Notes: a model not told the origin generated them from the letters alone. 63,325 nt of DNA, filler included, from Octopus bimaculoides (GCF_001194135.2; 7 parts of 7 records of this genome joined end to end with filler, not necessarily neighbours in it), one strand, 5' to 3'; shown: positions 12,293 to 26,339, counted from the whole stretch's first letter. Translations and numbers: made by a program.

Positions 12293-13532
12293 ACACGCGT
12301 GTGTTTTTTTTGTATATACTCTGAGTGCGTTAGCTCTATGTAGGGTCACTACTGAGTAGCTTCTTATTTAATGAGATTTGGTGTGATTTCTCAGAAATTT
12401 AACTGCTATTTCTAGCATCTCTACAGACCAAGTAATGGTTTTCTTGCAGGCTGGGGGAGGGGGGCTTCGTTTGCTATTGTTCGTGCTCTTGCATCTATCT
12501 TCTTTCTTAGTGTTAAATATTGTTACTTTGTTGTTGCCGTTGTTATTTCCGCCCTTTGTTTTTAAAATGAATTATTAATACCATTTCTAAAAACTGTCCT
12601 AACGATATAAACGAAAATAATGGATAAAAATTAGAATTATATTCAGATATAATTGAAAAAGGAATTTTTTTTTCCTTTGTTTTAATGGAACTAAAGTTCA
12701 TGCATCTTTCAAAGCACGCGTATGCAATGTGTGCGCATGTGCATGAATGCATGTATATGTGCGTATGTGTTTCCTGCTTTAGAAAGCCTTGAACTACTCT
12801 GGGCTATTTTGTAGTGTCAATCTCAGAAAAGAAATCGACCAGTCGATTCGCACATTACAATTACAATCTGTAAGCGGAACAGTAAAACTATGCGAGGCTT
12901 TTCTCAGATTTAAAACGTGACGTTGTTTTCGTTATCAGCATTCCAACGATGCAGCTTTGTATCTTTGTTAGAAACCAGCTCCTTCCTGACAAGAAGAGTT
13001 TAAATAATCGAAAACAAAAAAGAATATACATACATATGAAAAATGTGTACAGTTCTCTAGGGACCCAGTTCATGTGAATTTGCTGGGCCAGACATATGTG
13101 CACATCCACATGTAAATGGCATGTGTAAACACACATAAACATAACAATGAAGCACAGATTCTTGTTTATTGAAGTGAAACGCATATGTCCCACACAAATA
13201 CAGGCTATCCATGAGCAGAAACATGCTTATATACACATACATATAAACCAATTCAGACAACCAAAAACCTCCCCCCTACCTCAACACCTGCCTTAACTGA
13301 AATGAATGAGCCTTTCCACTTGGTTTGGAGCCAGGTTTGAATTCTCCAAAATAAAAAGTTTTAATAAATCCTACAGAAAACACATACACACATACAAAGA
13401 TATATAATCCATACATATAATATATATATACACACACACACATACATACACACACATTCATGTAGAATGAAAATATAACCGTTTTGACCTACCTCCTTCT
13501 TTCTCCTCTCTCCTCTCCCGCTCTCTTCTCTT

Positions 13533-13581
<49 letters not shown>

Positions 13582-14615
13582 ATTTTCTTTGTCTTTGTCT
13601 CACGTCTTTTCTTTTTTCCAACGATTATTTGAATGCTGGTCTTCTTTTGTAACACAACTATATTTAGCAAATATATTAACAGTTATCCTTCTCCAGATAT
13701 AGATTTCCTTTTTCTTTTTATAAACAGTCGAACGTTTCACAATTTCTCCATAATCAGTGGATTTTTGTAAGGTTTAAAGTTCAAATTTACGTTTAAATAG
13801 ATTTACAGGAAATTATTTTCATTCTTCGTTTCAAGTGAGTAAACCCGTGTATAACAAGAAGGATGGGAAAAAACCATTATCCGTCGAGATACGAAACTTA
13901 GAAGATTTCTTGTTTACTTGAGTAAGCGTTAAATACTGGAAAATATATAAAAAATAAAGTAAGTCGAATGGTTTTAGGTTGGATATTAAAACTTTTTTCT
14001 GTCTTCAATTCTTCACAGACAAAATCCTTTCACACAAAGTTATAATAATACAGGTTATATTGATGCGTTGATAACAATAAGATTATGATTCGATCGTCTG
14101 GATATGGTTGATAAAAAGTAAATCCCTAGCTGGACAACAATTATTTCTATTAGCAATAAATAATAATGGTACAAATGTTGACAACAAAAGATATTGAACA
14201 GAAAAGAGAGGTTCGTGTTAAAGAACGATGAAGCTATACAGGAAGACGTTGGTGGCAGACAAAGAAAGAGAGAGAGAAGAGGAGAGAGAGTCTGTCAGGT
14301 TCAACAATGCTTGGACTCAGTAACAGTGCATATGCGGTGGGAGATGAATAATAGTGAAAGTCCGTCCAGCAGCTCACAACTCATCCTTTATCAAAGTATA
14401 ACGATGAAGTCTTCGCAGTTATTAACAATATGTTTGCCACGATATAGAAATTGCTAGATAATGTAGTTGTTTAACAAACATCTTGACCGACAGGCATATT
14501 AAATAGTTTCACCAAAGAAAAGACCGGTTACATCATAAACAATTGTGTGTGTGTGTGTCTGTCTGTCTGTCTGTATGTATGTATGTATGTATGTGTCTGT
14601 GAGTCTGTGTGTCTA

Positions 14616-14654
<39 letters not shown>

Positions 14655-14824
14655 GTGTGCGTGTGTGTGTTTATGTATGACAATATTCACCAGAATGTTA
14701 TAAAAAATTGAAAGTGTTTGGAAAATTAAAAATTAAAAGTAAAAGTGATAAAAACGTTTAAATTTGACAAATGTATTAACTGCGCTCAGCTTTACAAACG
14801 GTGGTTTGTGTGTGTTTGTGTGTG

Positions 14825-14870
<46 letters not shown>

Positions 14871-15318
14871 AGTTAAGAAGAATTGGCAAACGTTTATATT
14901 TACAAATGAAGAAAAAAATTTACTCAGTCTACCAAAGATTGTGTGTGTGTGTATACCTTATACTCTAAAGCTTTTCATATCGTAACTCGGAGAATCAGGT
15001 GTTCTAGTCCTCCAATGATTTCAGAACGGAAAAAACCAGGGCAATATATTACCAAAAATATTTATAAACAAGTCCAAACATAATTAGATAACATTTCAGC
15101 GCCATTTGATTGGTTGTCGACAAATATTTTGAGCAGCAACAATATTTTGAGCGACAAATATTTCTCTCAGCTGATCTGAGAGAAAAGATCAGCTTTGAAC
15201 GAATAAACTCTGCAACATATATGGAGTATTTTTCTCTACTTTGTCTATCTCAATTCGCATATGCGTATGTGTATAAAATACATAAACACACACAAATACA
15301 TACATCTGTGTGTGTGTA

Positions 15319-15381
<63 letters not shown>

Positions 15382-15945
15382 GGCATGAGTGCGTGTACAC
15401 ATATGCACATAACTATGTGCAAGCGTATGTAGCGTTCAATACCTGTAAAAGCGTGTCTAGTGAATATATAAAGCAAACATATTTACCCAAACCACACATA
15501 TATACATAAGTGAATATACACTCACTTCTACATGAAAGTTAGATAATGAATACTTAAAGCCCTACACAAATACACACACACATGCACACACACACACACA
15601 CACACTCACACACACATACAGGTAGACACCCGCAGAGTCCCGTAGACTTTGTCTATGGCAATGGATGTTCCCATGTGCCGCAAATGATCCCATGCTTAGT
15701 CATGCATATACGCGTGCATAAATGCTTACACGTGTCTGCCAATACATGTAACAACACTCAGATACGCGGGAAAACGTGCAAATTTACTCACATGCGCATC
15801 AATGGATGAACAAAAACGCAACCAAAATATTGTGCAATCTTAATTTTAGTTTTAAATGCATGAGAAGCTCACAAATGTAAACAAATCCTTGAAATCCCTA
15901 AAATATGTTGATTTATACATATATATAGATTTAGATTCGGATTAC

Positions 15946-15978
<33 letters not shown>

Positions 15979-15988
15979 TAGATAGATT

Positions 15989-16045
<57 letters not shown>

Positions 16046-16375
16046 AACCGGCTCAATAACTAAACATGTAAGTATGTATACACACACACAGAAATATAGG
16101 AAACGAACATCACAATGCACACACTAGTTTATTTATACACATACACACACACGAACCCACCTAATTTTTAGCTTGCCCACACATATACATTCACATGCGC
16201 TCGATCCCATTCACACATACATACTCACACACACCATCTTTACATACACACGCTTGCACCCCCTACTTCAGCCGGGTCATCGTTATTATCTCCCTTTTAC
16301 TCAGCCTCTTTCTCAGGTCATTTCATCATGTTGAACCGTTAACCCCCACACATCTTTAATTCACTCCGTTTTTAT

Positions 16376-16431
<56 letters not shown>

Positions 16432-17344
16432 NNNNNNNNNNNNNNNNNNNNNNNNNNNNNNNNNNNNNNNNNNNNNNNNNNNNNNNNNNNNNNNNNNNNN
16501 NNNNNNNNNNNNNNNNNNNNNNNNNNNNNNNNNNNNNNNNNNNNNNNNNNNNNNNNNNNNNNNNNNNNNNNNNNNNNNNNNNNNNNNNNNNNNNNNNNNN
16601 NNNNNNNNNNNNNNNNNNNNNNNNNNNNNNNNNNNNNNNNNNNNNNNNNNNNNNNNNNNNNNNNNNNNNNNNNNNNNNNNNNNNNNNNNNNNNNNNNNNN
16701 NNNNNNNNNNNNNNNNNNNNNNNNNNNNNNNNNNNNNNNNNNNNNNNNNNNNNNNNNNNNNNNNNNNNNNNNNNNNNNNNNNNNNNNNNNNNNNNNNNNN
16801 NNNNNNNNNNNNNNNNNNNNNNNNNNNNNNNNNNNNNNNNNNNNNNNNNNNNNNNNNNNNNNNNNNNNNNNNNNNNNNNNNNNNNNNNNNNNNNNNNNNN
16901 NNNNNNNNNNNNNNNNNNNNNNNNNNNNNNNNNNNNNNNNNNNNNNNNNNNNNNNNNNNNNNNNNNNNNNNNNNNNNNNNNNNNNNNNNNNNNNNNNNNN
17001 NNNNNNNNNNNNNNNNNNNNNNNNNNNNNNNNNNNNNNNNNNNNNNNNNNNNNNNNNNNNNNNNNNNNNNNNNNNNNNNNNNNNNNNNNNNNNNNNNNNN
17101 NNNNNTATATAAGTATGTGGGGCGGGAAATAATTGAAAATTACGCCTCAGATAAATCAAGATAGCAAAGAATAATTAATTAGTAATAATTTGTGATTTGA
17201 GTTCACAATCGGTAAAAGTTTCAACGAAGTACATAAATTTTTAAGTTTGTCAAAAATATTGCTGAAATTCTACGAACGTTGGAAATGGCATCTTCTGTGC
17301 ATAAATACGTAATTATGAAAATAAATGAATCGATAACATATCGT

Positions 17345-17625
17345 GGGACTCCGACGACGAGGGCTCCAGTTGAATCGATCAACGGAACAGCCTGCTCGTA
17401 AGATTAACGTGTAAGTGGCTGAGCACTCCACAGATACGTGTACCCTTTAACGTAGTTCTCAGGGAGATTCAGTGTAACACTGTGACAAGGCTGGCCCTTT
17501 GAGATACAGATACAACAGAAACTGGAAGAAAGAGTGAGAGAAAGAGTAGAGCAGGGTTCGCCGCCACCCCCTGCCGGAGCCTCGTGGAGCGTTAGGTGAT
17601 TTCGCTCAATAAACACTCACAACAA
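17345..17625 (-). mobile_element. SINE family A, 5'-truncated
   Basis: Reverse complement of the body of 26829-27209. Confidence 0.9.
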
Positions 17626-17635
17626 ATATTTTCGT

Positions 17636-17718
17636 CGCTTTGAGACCGCGACCTCTTCACTGACAAAATTCTGTGTTGCACGGAATTTTGTCAGTGAACA
17701 TGTCGCGGTCTCAAAGCG
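17636..17718. repeat. 83-bp near-perfect inverted repeat (hairpin)
   Basis: Perfect 17-bp stem, 3-bp internal mismatch, perfect 16-bp stem, G-T wobble, 3-bp stem and 3-nt loop. Confidence 0.95.
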
Positions 17719-17981
17719 CTGAAAACATTTTTACACATTAAATTTAAATGTTGGAGTGAATCTAAAGGTCTTTGTGTGTTTTTAAATGGCTTATAAACAC
17801 CTTCCACGCTGCAATTGATTTTGTCTCAGCATACGATCTCAGATCAGCTCACTTGCTATGCAAGTACATCTCTGTAACCAGNNNNNNNNNNNNNNNNNNN
17901 NNNNNNNNNNNNNNNNNNNNNNNNNTTAATTAATTAANNNNNNNNNNNNNNNNNNNNNNNNNNNNNNNNNNNNNNNNNNNN

Positions 17982-17998
17982 CGACGCTCTTCCGATCT
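17982..17998 (+). other. Illumina adapter remnant at a contig edge
   Basis: CGACGCTCTTCCGATCT directly after an N gap; identical to the 3' end of the standard Illumina read-1 adapter. Confidence 0.9.
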
Positions 17999-18324
17999 GA
18001 TTACAATAAGTACTTAGCTGGTATTTATTTTATCGACCTGGAAAGGATGAAAAGTAATGTTGACTTCGTGGGTATTTGAACATAGAGCGTAAAACTGCTG
18101 GACTACTAAATGTCGCTAAGCTTGTTGTCCAACGTGCTAACGAGTCTGCTAGCTCGTCACTTTAATATACTGGTGCAACACCAAGTTTCCGGACACTGAT
18201 GGTCCGGAACCTCTTATGATCCATTCTAATTTACACTAATGTGCACGTACCTCTATTTCATTTGGAACCAAAGCCTTCGGAAAATCGATGTTGTGCCTGT
18301 ATTTCATATATATTGGCAATTTGT

Positions 18325-18885
18325 CGCTTACGATGACAAGGGTTCCAGTTGATCCGATCAACGGAACAGCCGGCTCGTGAAATTAACGTGCAAATGGCTG
18401 AACACTTCACAGTCACGCGTACCCTTAACGTAGTTCTCATGGAAATTCAGCGAGACATAGAGTGTAACATGGCTGACCCTTTGATATACAGGTACTACTT
18501 ATTTTTGCCAGCTGAGTGAACTACAGCAACGTGAAACAAAGTATCTTGCTGAAGGACACAATGCGCCGCCGGGACATATCGCTCCTAGAAAGTTACCTTC
18601 CGAGGCACATCTGGGTAAGGTTGTTTATAGAAAACCAGCAGTCGTCCATGCATACCAGCCTCACCTCTCTACACCATTGATGTTATTCAAGGGAAGGGCA
18701 AAGCCGATACATCTTGGCACCAGTGATATCGCTGCACATTTCTACAGCTGAGTGAACTGGAGCAACGTGAAATAAAGTGTCTTGCTCAAGAACACAATAC
18801 ACAGCCCGGTCAGTAGTGAATGGAACTCACTACCTCATGATTGGGAGCCCGACGCTCTAACCATTGAGCCCTGCACCTTCACTAA
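18325..18885 (-). mobile_element. Two adjacent tRNA-headed SINE copies (family A body, and a variant with a different 3' tail)
   Basis: Shared head motif gtgtcttgct.aag.acacaa at about 18541 and 18778; family A body at 18325-18500. Confidence 0.75.
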
Positions 18886-19625
18886 TATTACTGGAGATAT
18901 AGTAATTCATTGATATTCATACGGGAAATTCATATCTTATCCCCTAATCTATTTTACAGCTTATTTTAAGAACAAGGTGAAATACGAATAAAAGGTTGGT
19001 TACAGTTGTGACAGGAATTGCATAATGATAGACTTAGCTTTCAGTTACCTAATCCACCTAGATCTAAATAGATGAAGCGAAGATATACATTTCGACGTTG
19101 TTGTTGTTGTTGTTGTTGTTGTTGTTACTGTTGTTGTTGTTGTTCTTTAGACGAAAGTCATCACTGATCGGCTAGATCCATGGGCAAAGAGATTCCACTC
19201 GTGAACAAGCTATCATGTAAGATTACATTATCTAATGTGTTCATTCATTAAAATTTTAGAGTGTGATTTTGAAAGAGATTGACTGCTATTTCTATAGTTT
19301 CTTCGTAAAACTCTCACGTTATAAGCAGTGCAGTGCACTGAGCACTTGGAAAATGATTCGCTAGATTTTGAATTTAGAATTGACTGTTTTTTTTTATGAA
19401 TGAAAGTAAAAAGAAACATCGTAACATAGACTGGCGTCCTATCCAGGGGGACAAGTGTCACACATGGATTTGTTTCAGATCCTCAAGAACTGAAAATAAG
19501 CTTCTGCATACTAAGATACATTTGAGTAACGACTGTTGATGAAGTGCAAAATGACAAGAAAATATGGGCAAAGCAATGAGATATTTTAATTTATTATATT
19601 TTTTAAATTTCTAAATATTGTTTAA

Positions 19626-19790
19626 AGTGGCGATTCGGCGCAATCATTAGCACGCCGGACAAAATGTTTAGCAGCATTTCGTCCGTCTTTACGTTCTGTG
19701 TTCCGTCGAGGTCGACTTTGTTTTTCATCCCTTCGGGGTCGATCAAATAAGTACCAATTGAGGACTGGGGTCGATGTAGTCAATTTATCC
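19626..19790 (+). mobile_element. SINE family B
   Basis: ttagcacgccggacaaaatg...gaggtcgactttg...catcccttcggggtcgat. Other copies at about 9955(+), 18008(-), 39945(+), 46500-46750(+), 47670(-), 48561(+), 50340(-), 59670(-), 59870(-) and 61670(-). Confidence 0.85.
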
Positions 19791-20149
19791 CAGACATCCC
19801 ATTATGCGGTATCTCGGGCAACTGGCAAGTGCTTTATATCATAGACCCGAGTTGATCAATACCTTGTGTGGAATTTGGGTTTCAAAAACTGTGAAGAATC
19901 CGTTGTATCACCAACAACTTATACTGGCTTTCACGGTTTGATATTAGAAACAAAGTAAAAGAAGAAAATTTAAATCGAAAGAAATTAACAGTAACATAGT
20001 TTTGAGTTCAGTCCCACTGTACGGTACTCTGGGGAAGTGTCTTCTGCTATATTCCCGGCCGACCAATGCCGTATAAGTGAATTTAGTAGAAGGAAATTGT
20101 GTGGAATCCCGACATATATACATATATATTCTTTTTTCTTTTTTCTTTT

Positions 20150-20345
20150 ATTTGTTTCAATCATTTGACTGCGGTCATGCTGGAGCACCGCCTTTAGTCT
20201 AAAAAAATCGACCCCAGGACTTATTCTTTGTAAGCCTAGTACTTATTCTATCGGTTGTTTATGCCGAACCGCAAAGTTGGGGGGACGTAAACACACCAAC
20301 ATCGGTTATCAAGCAATGGTGGGACACAAAAACAGACACAAAAAC
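20150..20345 (-). mobile_element. SINE family C, 3' half
   Basis: tcatttgactgcggtcatgctggagcaccgcc...acttattctatcgg. Also at about 21585-21755(+), 36490-36640(+), 40545-40760(-) and 40812-40953(-). Confidence 0.85.
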
Positions 20346-20349
20346 ATAT

Positions 20350-20415
<66 letters not shown>

Positions 20416-20969
20416 TTAATTAGAGGAAGTTAAGTCCTCATTAGGGATTATATAATCGAAGGTATTCCACTGGTTCAATCCGTATCATATAATGGTAAAG
20501 TCATTGGTATACGCTTAGGATTATTGAAATTTTTTATATTGAGGGAATAACAAGAAAATGGAGAATAAATGGATGTAATTACTGATTTATTTGCATGTTG
20601 CAGAAAGATGACTTTTTTTTTTTTGAAAAAAAAACCCACTACAAATAAATAGATAAAATGATAAGAAGTTGAAAGATTTAAAAAGTTAAGCAAAACATAA
20701 CCTACATGTATGTTTCTGTCGGGCCAATTTAGATGATGGGAATCTCCAAGCATGTTGTTTAATGCCAAGGAAGTTGCCACATTTATACTATTTTATGGTA
20801 GGACTTCGTCAGGATTCAAAAAGGGCTAACTCGACTAACGTGACCATTTTATCTTTTGAGGGAAATGTGTTGTGTTAGCATGTTAAAGTTAAAGGCTATG
20901 TTTAGAGATTTTATTTGATTGGTAGGTTTTGAATATACTATATATATATACTAATATTATGAATAGTGT

Positions 20970-21423
20970 GGAAGCGCAATGGCCCAGTGGTTAGGGCAGC
21001 GGACTCGCCATCATAGGATCGCGGTTTCGATTCCCAGACCGGGCGTTGTTAGTGTTTATTGAGCGAAAACACCTGAAGCTCCACGAGGCTCCGGCAGGAG
21101 ATGGTGGCGAACCCTGCTGTACTCTTTCACCACAACTTTCTCTCACTCTTACTTCCTGTTTCTGTTGTGCCTGTGGTTCAAAGGGTCAACTTTGTCACAC
21201 TGTTTCACGCTGAATATCCCTGAGGACTACGTTAAGGGTACACGTGTCTGTGGAGTGCTCAGCCACTTGAACGTTAATTTGACGAGCAGGCTGCTCCGTT
21301 GATCGGATCAACTGNNNNNNNNNNGAGTGCTCAGCCACTTGAACGTTAATTTGACGAGCAGGCTGCTCCGTTGATCGGATCAACTGGAACCCTCGACGTC
21401 GTAAGCGACGGAGTGCCAACAAC
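20970..21423 (+). mobile_element. SINE family A, full length (contains a gap-flank duplication)
   Basis: A box tggcccagtgg and B box ggtttcgattcc; body nearly identical to 26829-27209. Confidence 0.92.
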
Positions 21424-23600
21424 ATTATGATTAGTAAACATATAAGTAAATAGAAAACATAAATAAATAAGAAGAAAGAAGTATGCAAATATAATAAATA
21501 CGGTTATAATAAATCAAAAAGGTGACAGAACATTAAGACATGAAATAAAGTGAAAGAAGAATAAAATTAATGTTTTTTTATATTCATCGCTTGACAACCG
21601 ATGCTGGTTTGTTTACGTCCCGTAACTTAGTGATTCGACAAAAGTACTAAACTGAAGCAAAATGTACTGGGGTAGATTTTTTTCGACAACACCCTTCATG
21701 GTGGTACCCCAGCATGGCCACAGTCCAATGACTGAAACAAGTAAATAACAAAAAAGTTAAAGATATGTTGTCAGAAATATGGTGCAGATTAATCCAACAA
21801 CGCAGGATTCGGTGATGTAACAAGTCTAACGCGTCATATCTTCTCTCACAAAGCCATTACATTCTTACGGCTATATTTACCTAATCCTCAAGTCAATACA
21901 GCATATAGAACAAGAAATCTAGCTGAAACGTAAACGTCAACTGTTTGAACAACCGAATAAATGAATGAATGAATGAAGGAACGAACGAAGGAAGGCAGGA
22001 ATAATCACAAGAGCTACATTTATAAAACCAGAGGTATATGATTTTTTTAATCATATTACAGGCATAATTAAAACAGCCACACATACAACCCTGGTAGGTA
22101 TAGCGAGGCTGTTTTTTCGTATTACATTCCAATCATTGGAATATTCTTTTAGTTAGTCAACCTACTAAATTTCTTTCAGAGTAATTATCATGGTATACCA
22201 ATACAAAGAATGTTGGTGATTCGGTTGATGCAGCCCAGGAGAATTTGTAGATCAGAGTCATTTATTCATTAACCTCATTAATCAACCAAAGAAAACCTCT
22301 TTTCAGACAATAATAATCTAGACATATATTCTGCTGTATTTCAAATAACTATAAAACTCTGTGTAAATATGACATCCGTTCTTTATTTAATCGTGACAAA
22401 ATGTAGATTTCAAGATGAGACAAAACTGCAATGATAGGTCAGTTGTGTTTAGTAAGAGAAAAACGTGTTATTTGGACGTTTGTCCCTTTCCCATGGTCAT
22501 TGTGGTTATATGTGTGAGTGAAACTTGCATGAACAAAAATAGAATGTATCATACACTTTATTCATCCAGAGTTTATTTCTAGTATAAAGACAGAAATTAA
22601 CCAATATGTCATTCTAGATTGTGGAAAAAGAAAAAAAAAATCCAGTTAAGCCCACAAAGCTGTTTTGGCTTTTCCATCAAGCCAATTTACTTCACAATAT
22701 GTTTTTAATCCGATAAACAAGAGTAGTATCTATCATCCTTTCCAAGATATTGAGAGTGGTAGAAGTAAAGCAAGAAGTTAAGAAACCCGGCCTGATTGTT
22801 TGTAATAATGCAAACTCCGAGGACCCAATTGTGATGTTAAACCGATCAAATGATTCAGTTTACACACAAATAACAAGAAAAGAGCAGCGATGTCACAATA
22901 TAGCTTCCCTTTACATTAAAATGTAGAGCTTTAGTACCAAGTTCAAAAGATAGTCACAATTGAACGTTTTTATTTATTTATTTTTTTTCTGAACAAGCCA
23001 AATCTTTTATCCATTTCTGAAAAATAATTTCGACCTGACTTTTCTCGCTATTTTATTAGACACACTTAAATCAACATAAACATCTCGTCATCCCACAGGT
23101 CCTTGAAATTGATACCGCTTCTTATTAATATGGTAAGCCTTGCACAATAAAACTGATCTATGCACTGGTGTTTATCACTGATTAACGCTAACATTAAAGG
23201 AATGAGAGGTATATCTGCTCCCAGATGGCAAAGCACGAGTCTGACACAGGTAATGTTTTTCCTCTACAGGAAAAACCGATCGGAGACCTGATCTTTCAAC
23301 TGCAAGCCGACAAAGCACTCGTTAATTTTATAGTCTGCAACATTGACTTAATGTACTTGTATTATCTCTACTCGCAAGACAAATGAGTACCGACGATAGG
23401 ACACGAATCGTACGTAATCTTTATTGATTATTTGCAATTATATCGACTTGGCAACATGCACTTTATGATTGCTGATAGTTAGACTCTTTCTGAACAAGTT
23501 TAGTAGACTTGTGAGGGTTTTATTTACAAATGTGAATAAATAACGGGGCAGTAACATCTCAAAGACTAAGTGTTTACTTCAAGACCAGAAATAACTTTAG

Positions 23601-23830
23601 GTGTTGACCTTTTACAGAGCTCAAGTAAAACCCGAATGTAATACCGCTCCCATATCCAGGACGGTGATGCAGCTACACACAAACGACATAGACCGCATCC
23701 GAAAGAAGGTCATCTTACTAACTTACAAGTGCCCTCTCACCAACACCCTATTAGCTCTGTGTCGTGTACAGGCTGTCACTCTTCTTTAGTTATTCTAGCG
23801 ATGCTATGACTGACAATGTTCTTCTGGACT
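23601..23830 (+). mobile_element. Degenerate CR1/L2-type LINE ORF2 C-terminal remnant
   Basis: TFYRAQVKP...DIDRIRKKVILL resembles the LYKAQVRPxxEY...LDRIQxKAIRL motif. Confidence 0.55.
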
Positions 23831-26213
23831 AGCTACCGCATCTCTTCCCAATTTACCCAAAACACCATTTCTTCTTACTTCACTACTACTAAACATCAAC
23901 GTCCAGGTCCCATGCAAACCAGCTGTAACTCAATAATGTTCTTTCTTTTTATTTAAATTACGCTGTAGGATCAGCGCCCATAACATTTGCAGGTCGTACA
24001 AGACTGACAACGATTATATGATATTTTACTTGATATTTTACTTGACTGTCTGTAAGGTGATGTTTGAAGAGAAAACGTTGACGGGGAGCGAGTTCTGGAG
24101 TACTGAGAGTGTGAAGTTAAAGTTAAAATATTAAGCAAATGTTTATCAAGAAATCTGAGGATTAAGACTCAGCAGAAATTTCGGCAGGAAGAAAGGAATA
24201 TACTTTGAGTGCTACACATGTTGCGAACTTAGAGACGCAATACATATTTGTGTCAGTCATAGAAGAGACTGGGAGAAGAAACAGAGCCTCTGATGGTTAA
24301 TAATTTTCGATGAAACTGTGCAAGCTGAGACTTCGTAAATCTTACCTGTGTACTTCATTTATGCGTTAAGGTAGGGTAAATTGGATAATGTATTCCAGTA
24401 TACGCTATTCCTAAAATAAATATCAAGACCCTCACCCCTAGAATGCCTTTGCTGATAGGTGTGCTTGATCAGGGATGACTTGAGGTTAAATACCAGCATC
24501 ATATGAGTCGTACTTTCGTTGTTTCTACGTATATTTTTATTAAAAGTCTCGAACGTCCTGTAAAAATGGTTTCTATTTGCTCCCTTTCCTGCTCTGTCAA
24601 ATTCATAAAAAAAAATGATAAACAGAATACTACAGAGAAAGGTAAAACAGACAAATATACAAGAATAGGACGACTAACTCAGAGACATTAACTTCGAACC
24701 CTCTGCAAATCTATGGCATCTCTTTCCAATAAGTTAAAATACGTGACTACAAGATTGAGACTGGTTAACACTTTTCACTTACAGTGTCTTTTTATTCTGG
24801 TTGTGTACTATTATATCGACTTGAAATTATTCACTCTCTGATTACTAACAGTTAGACTCTTTCAGAACAAGCTTAGTAAATATATGTGGGTATTACTTTA
24901 AAATGTAACGGGGCAGTAAGAGGGCAGGAAAATTACCTGCTTTTATCTTAGTTTTTCTTTTTTTTTTTAACCTTATCTGTCGTTATTACTAGCTATGTGG
25001 TAACAAATGTACCAAAAGATATAGTATTCGTTTACGTAAGAGAGCTAAAAATAAAAATATATTTGTAAACTACAGTGAAGAACTGCAGCTAAATTTGCTG
25101 TCCCCTCAAAAGATCTACTGTAAGAGTACAAGCAAGGCCATAAATGTCAAAGGTTTGTTTCGCAAACACATAGTTCATGGTACGCTGCGTGTCACCTCAA
25201 ACCTTGTTTGACTTCTACAGTAACCTTGGGTCAACCCAAGTCTATGAATCAACCTAGGTAGTATGTTTAATCGGTCATTCACTTTGACACTACCACCGCG
25301 CCATTGATTGCTTTTACTAAGTCCTGGGTCAGGCATCTAGTTTCTTACCACCATACATACACACACGAGTTTCGGAAATCAAAAAGATAACGAGCACCGC
25401 CCTACCTCTTCTGGCAAAACTATAAGAAAAGAGCGCTTATCATCATTATAATCATTATCATCATCATCATCGTTATCAGTATCACCATTATCATTAATAT
25501 TATGAAATGTGTGCAGCACCAACCACAGCAACAGCGATATCACTAGCAACAACAACAGTGGCGGGAAAAAACTACAGCAACAGCGTTTCATTAGTATGAC
25601 AACCCTAATAGCTATCACTGGAGGTGTAGCAACAACAGCGATGACGACAGCTAATAAAACTCTAATATGGCGCCAGTAACCATAACAACAGAGAAAAAAA
25701 AAACTTCGTCTTCGTCGCCGACACTTTTCATCAGCAGCAACAGCAATAGTAGCAGCAGTTGTAGCAGCTGTACAATAACTCTTCTAACCTGGCCAGAAAA
25801 AAAAAAATGAAAAAGAAACGGAAAAGAGCAATAAACATTCATGTTAACAATAACTGGTGAGACAACATCAATTGCAGCAATGATTGTATTACAATTCTTT
25901 TCAAACGTTGCTGGGATTTTGTCTATAAATAATACAGAAGTTGCCATAAAAAAAAACAACAGCAAAATCTACAAAACACAGTAGTTTTCTTAGCAGGTGG
26001 GAAGGTCTTTCTATTTAACCTACCTGTCGAAGTTTTCTTTATCATGTTAAATAGTGAGGTCAGAGTGAGTCAGCCATAGAAAAAATTACAGACTATTCAC
26101 CTGTAAATGGCGGCTTGCCTTTAAATTAAAGCAAGGTTGAGTTTAAATAATCGTCAAGAATGTCATTCATCTTTTAGGTCTGACGGATATTTGTCCTCAT
26201 TTTGTTTGTTGTT

Positions 26214-26259
26214 AACACAACGTTTCGGCTGATATACCCTCCAGCCTTCATCAGATGTC
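26214..26259 (-). ncRNA. Minimal type I hammerhead ribozyme motif
   Basis: GACAT-CTGATGA-A-GGCTG(10-nt loop)CAGCC-GAAA-CGTT^GTGTT. Catalytic boxes present; helix II 5 bp; helix I 5 bp with two G-U; helix III reduced to palindromic ACGT. Confidence 0.75.
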
Positions 26260-26339
26260 TTGGGGGGAAATTTCGAACCTGGGTTCTCATTCCTAAGGTA
26301 TTTTTCGATGTTATTATTATTAGTAGTAGTATTCAGGTC

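Noticed and set aside
17926-17937. TTAATTAATTAA islands between N runs (also 28429, 45562, 52508, 56939, 62178)
   Set aside because: Identical spacer with stops in all six frames, centred in gaps; a scaffolding artefact.
17982-17998. CGACGCTCTTCCGATCT
   Set aside because: Sequencing adapter, not biological.
21253-21386. Direct repeat within a SINE around a 10-N gap
   Set aside because: Unmerged contig overlap.
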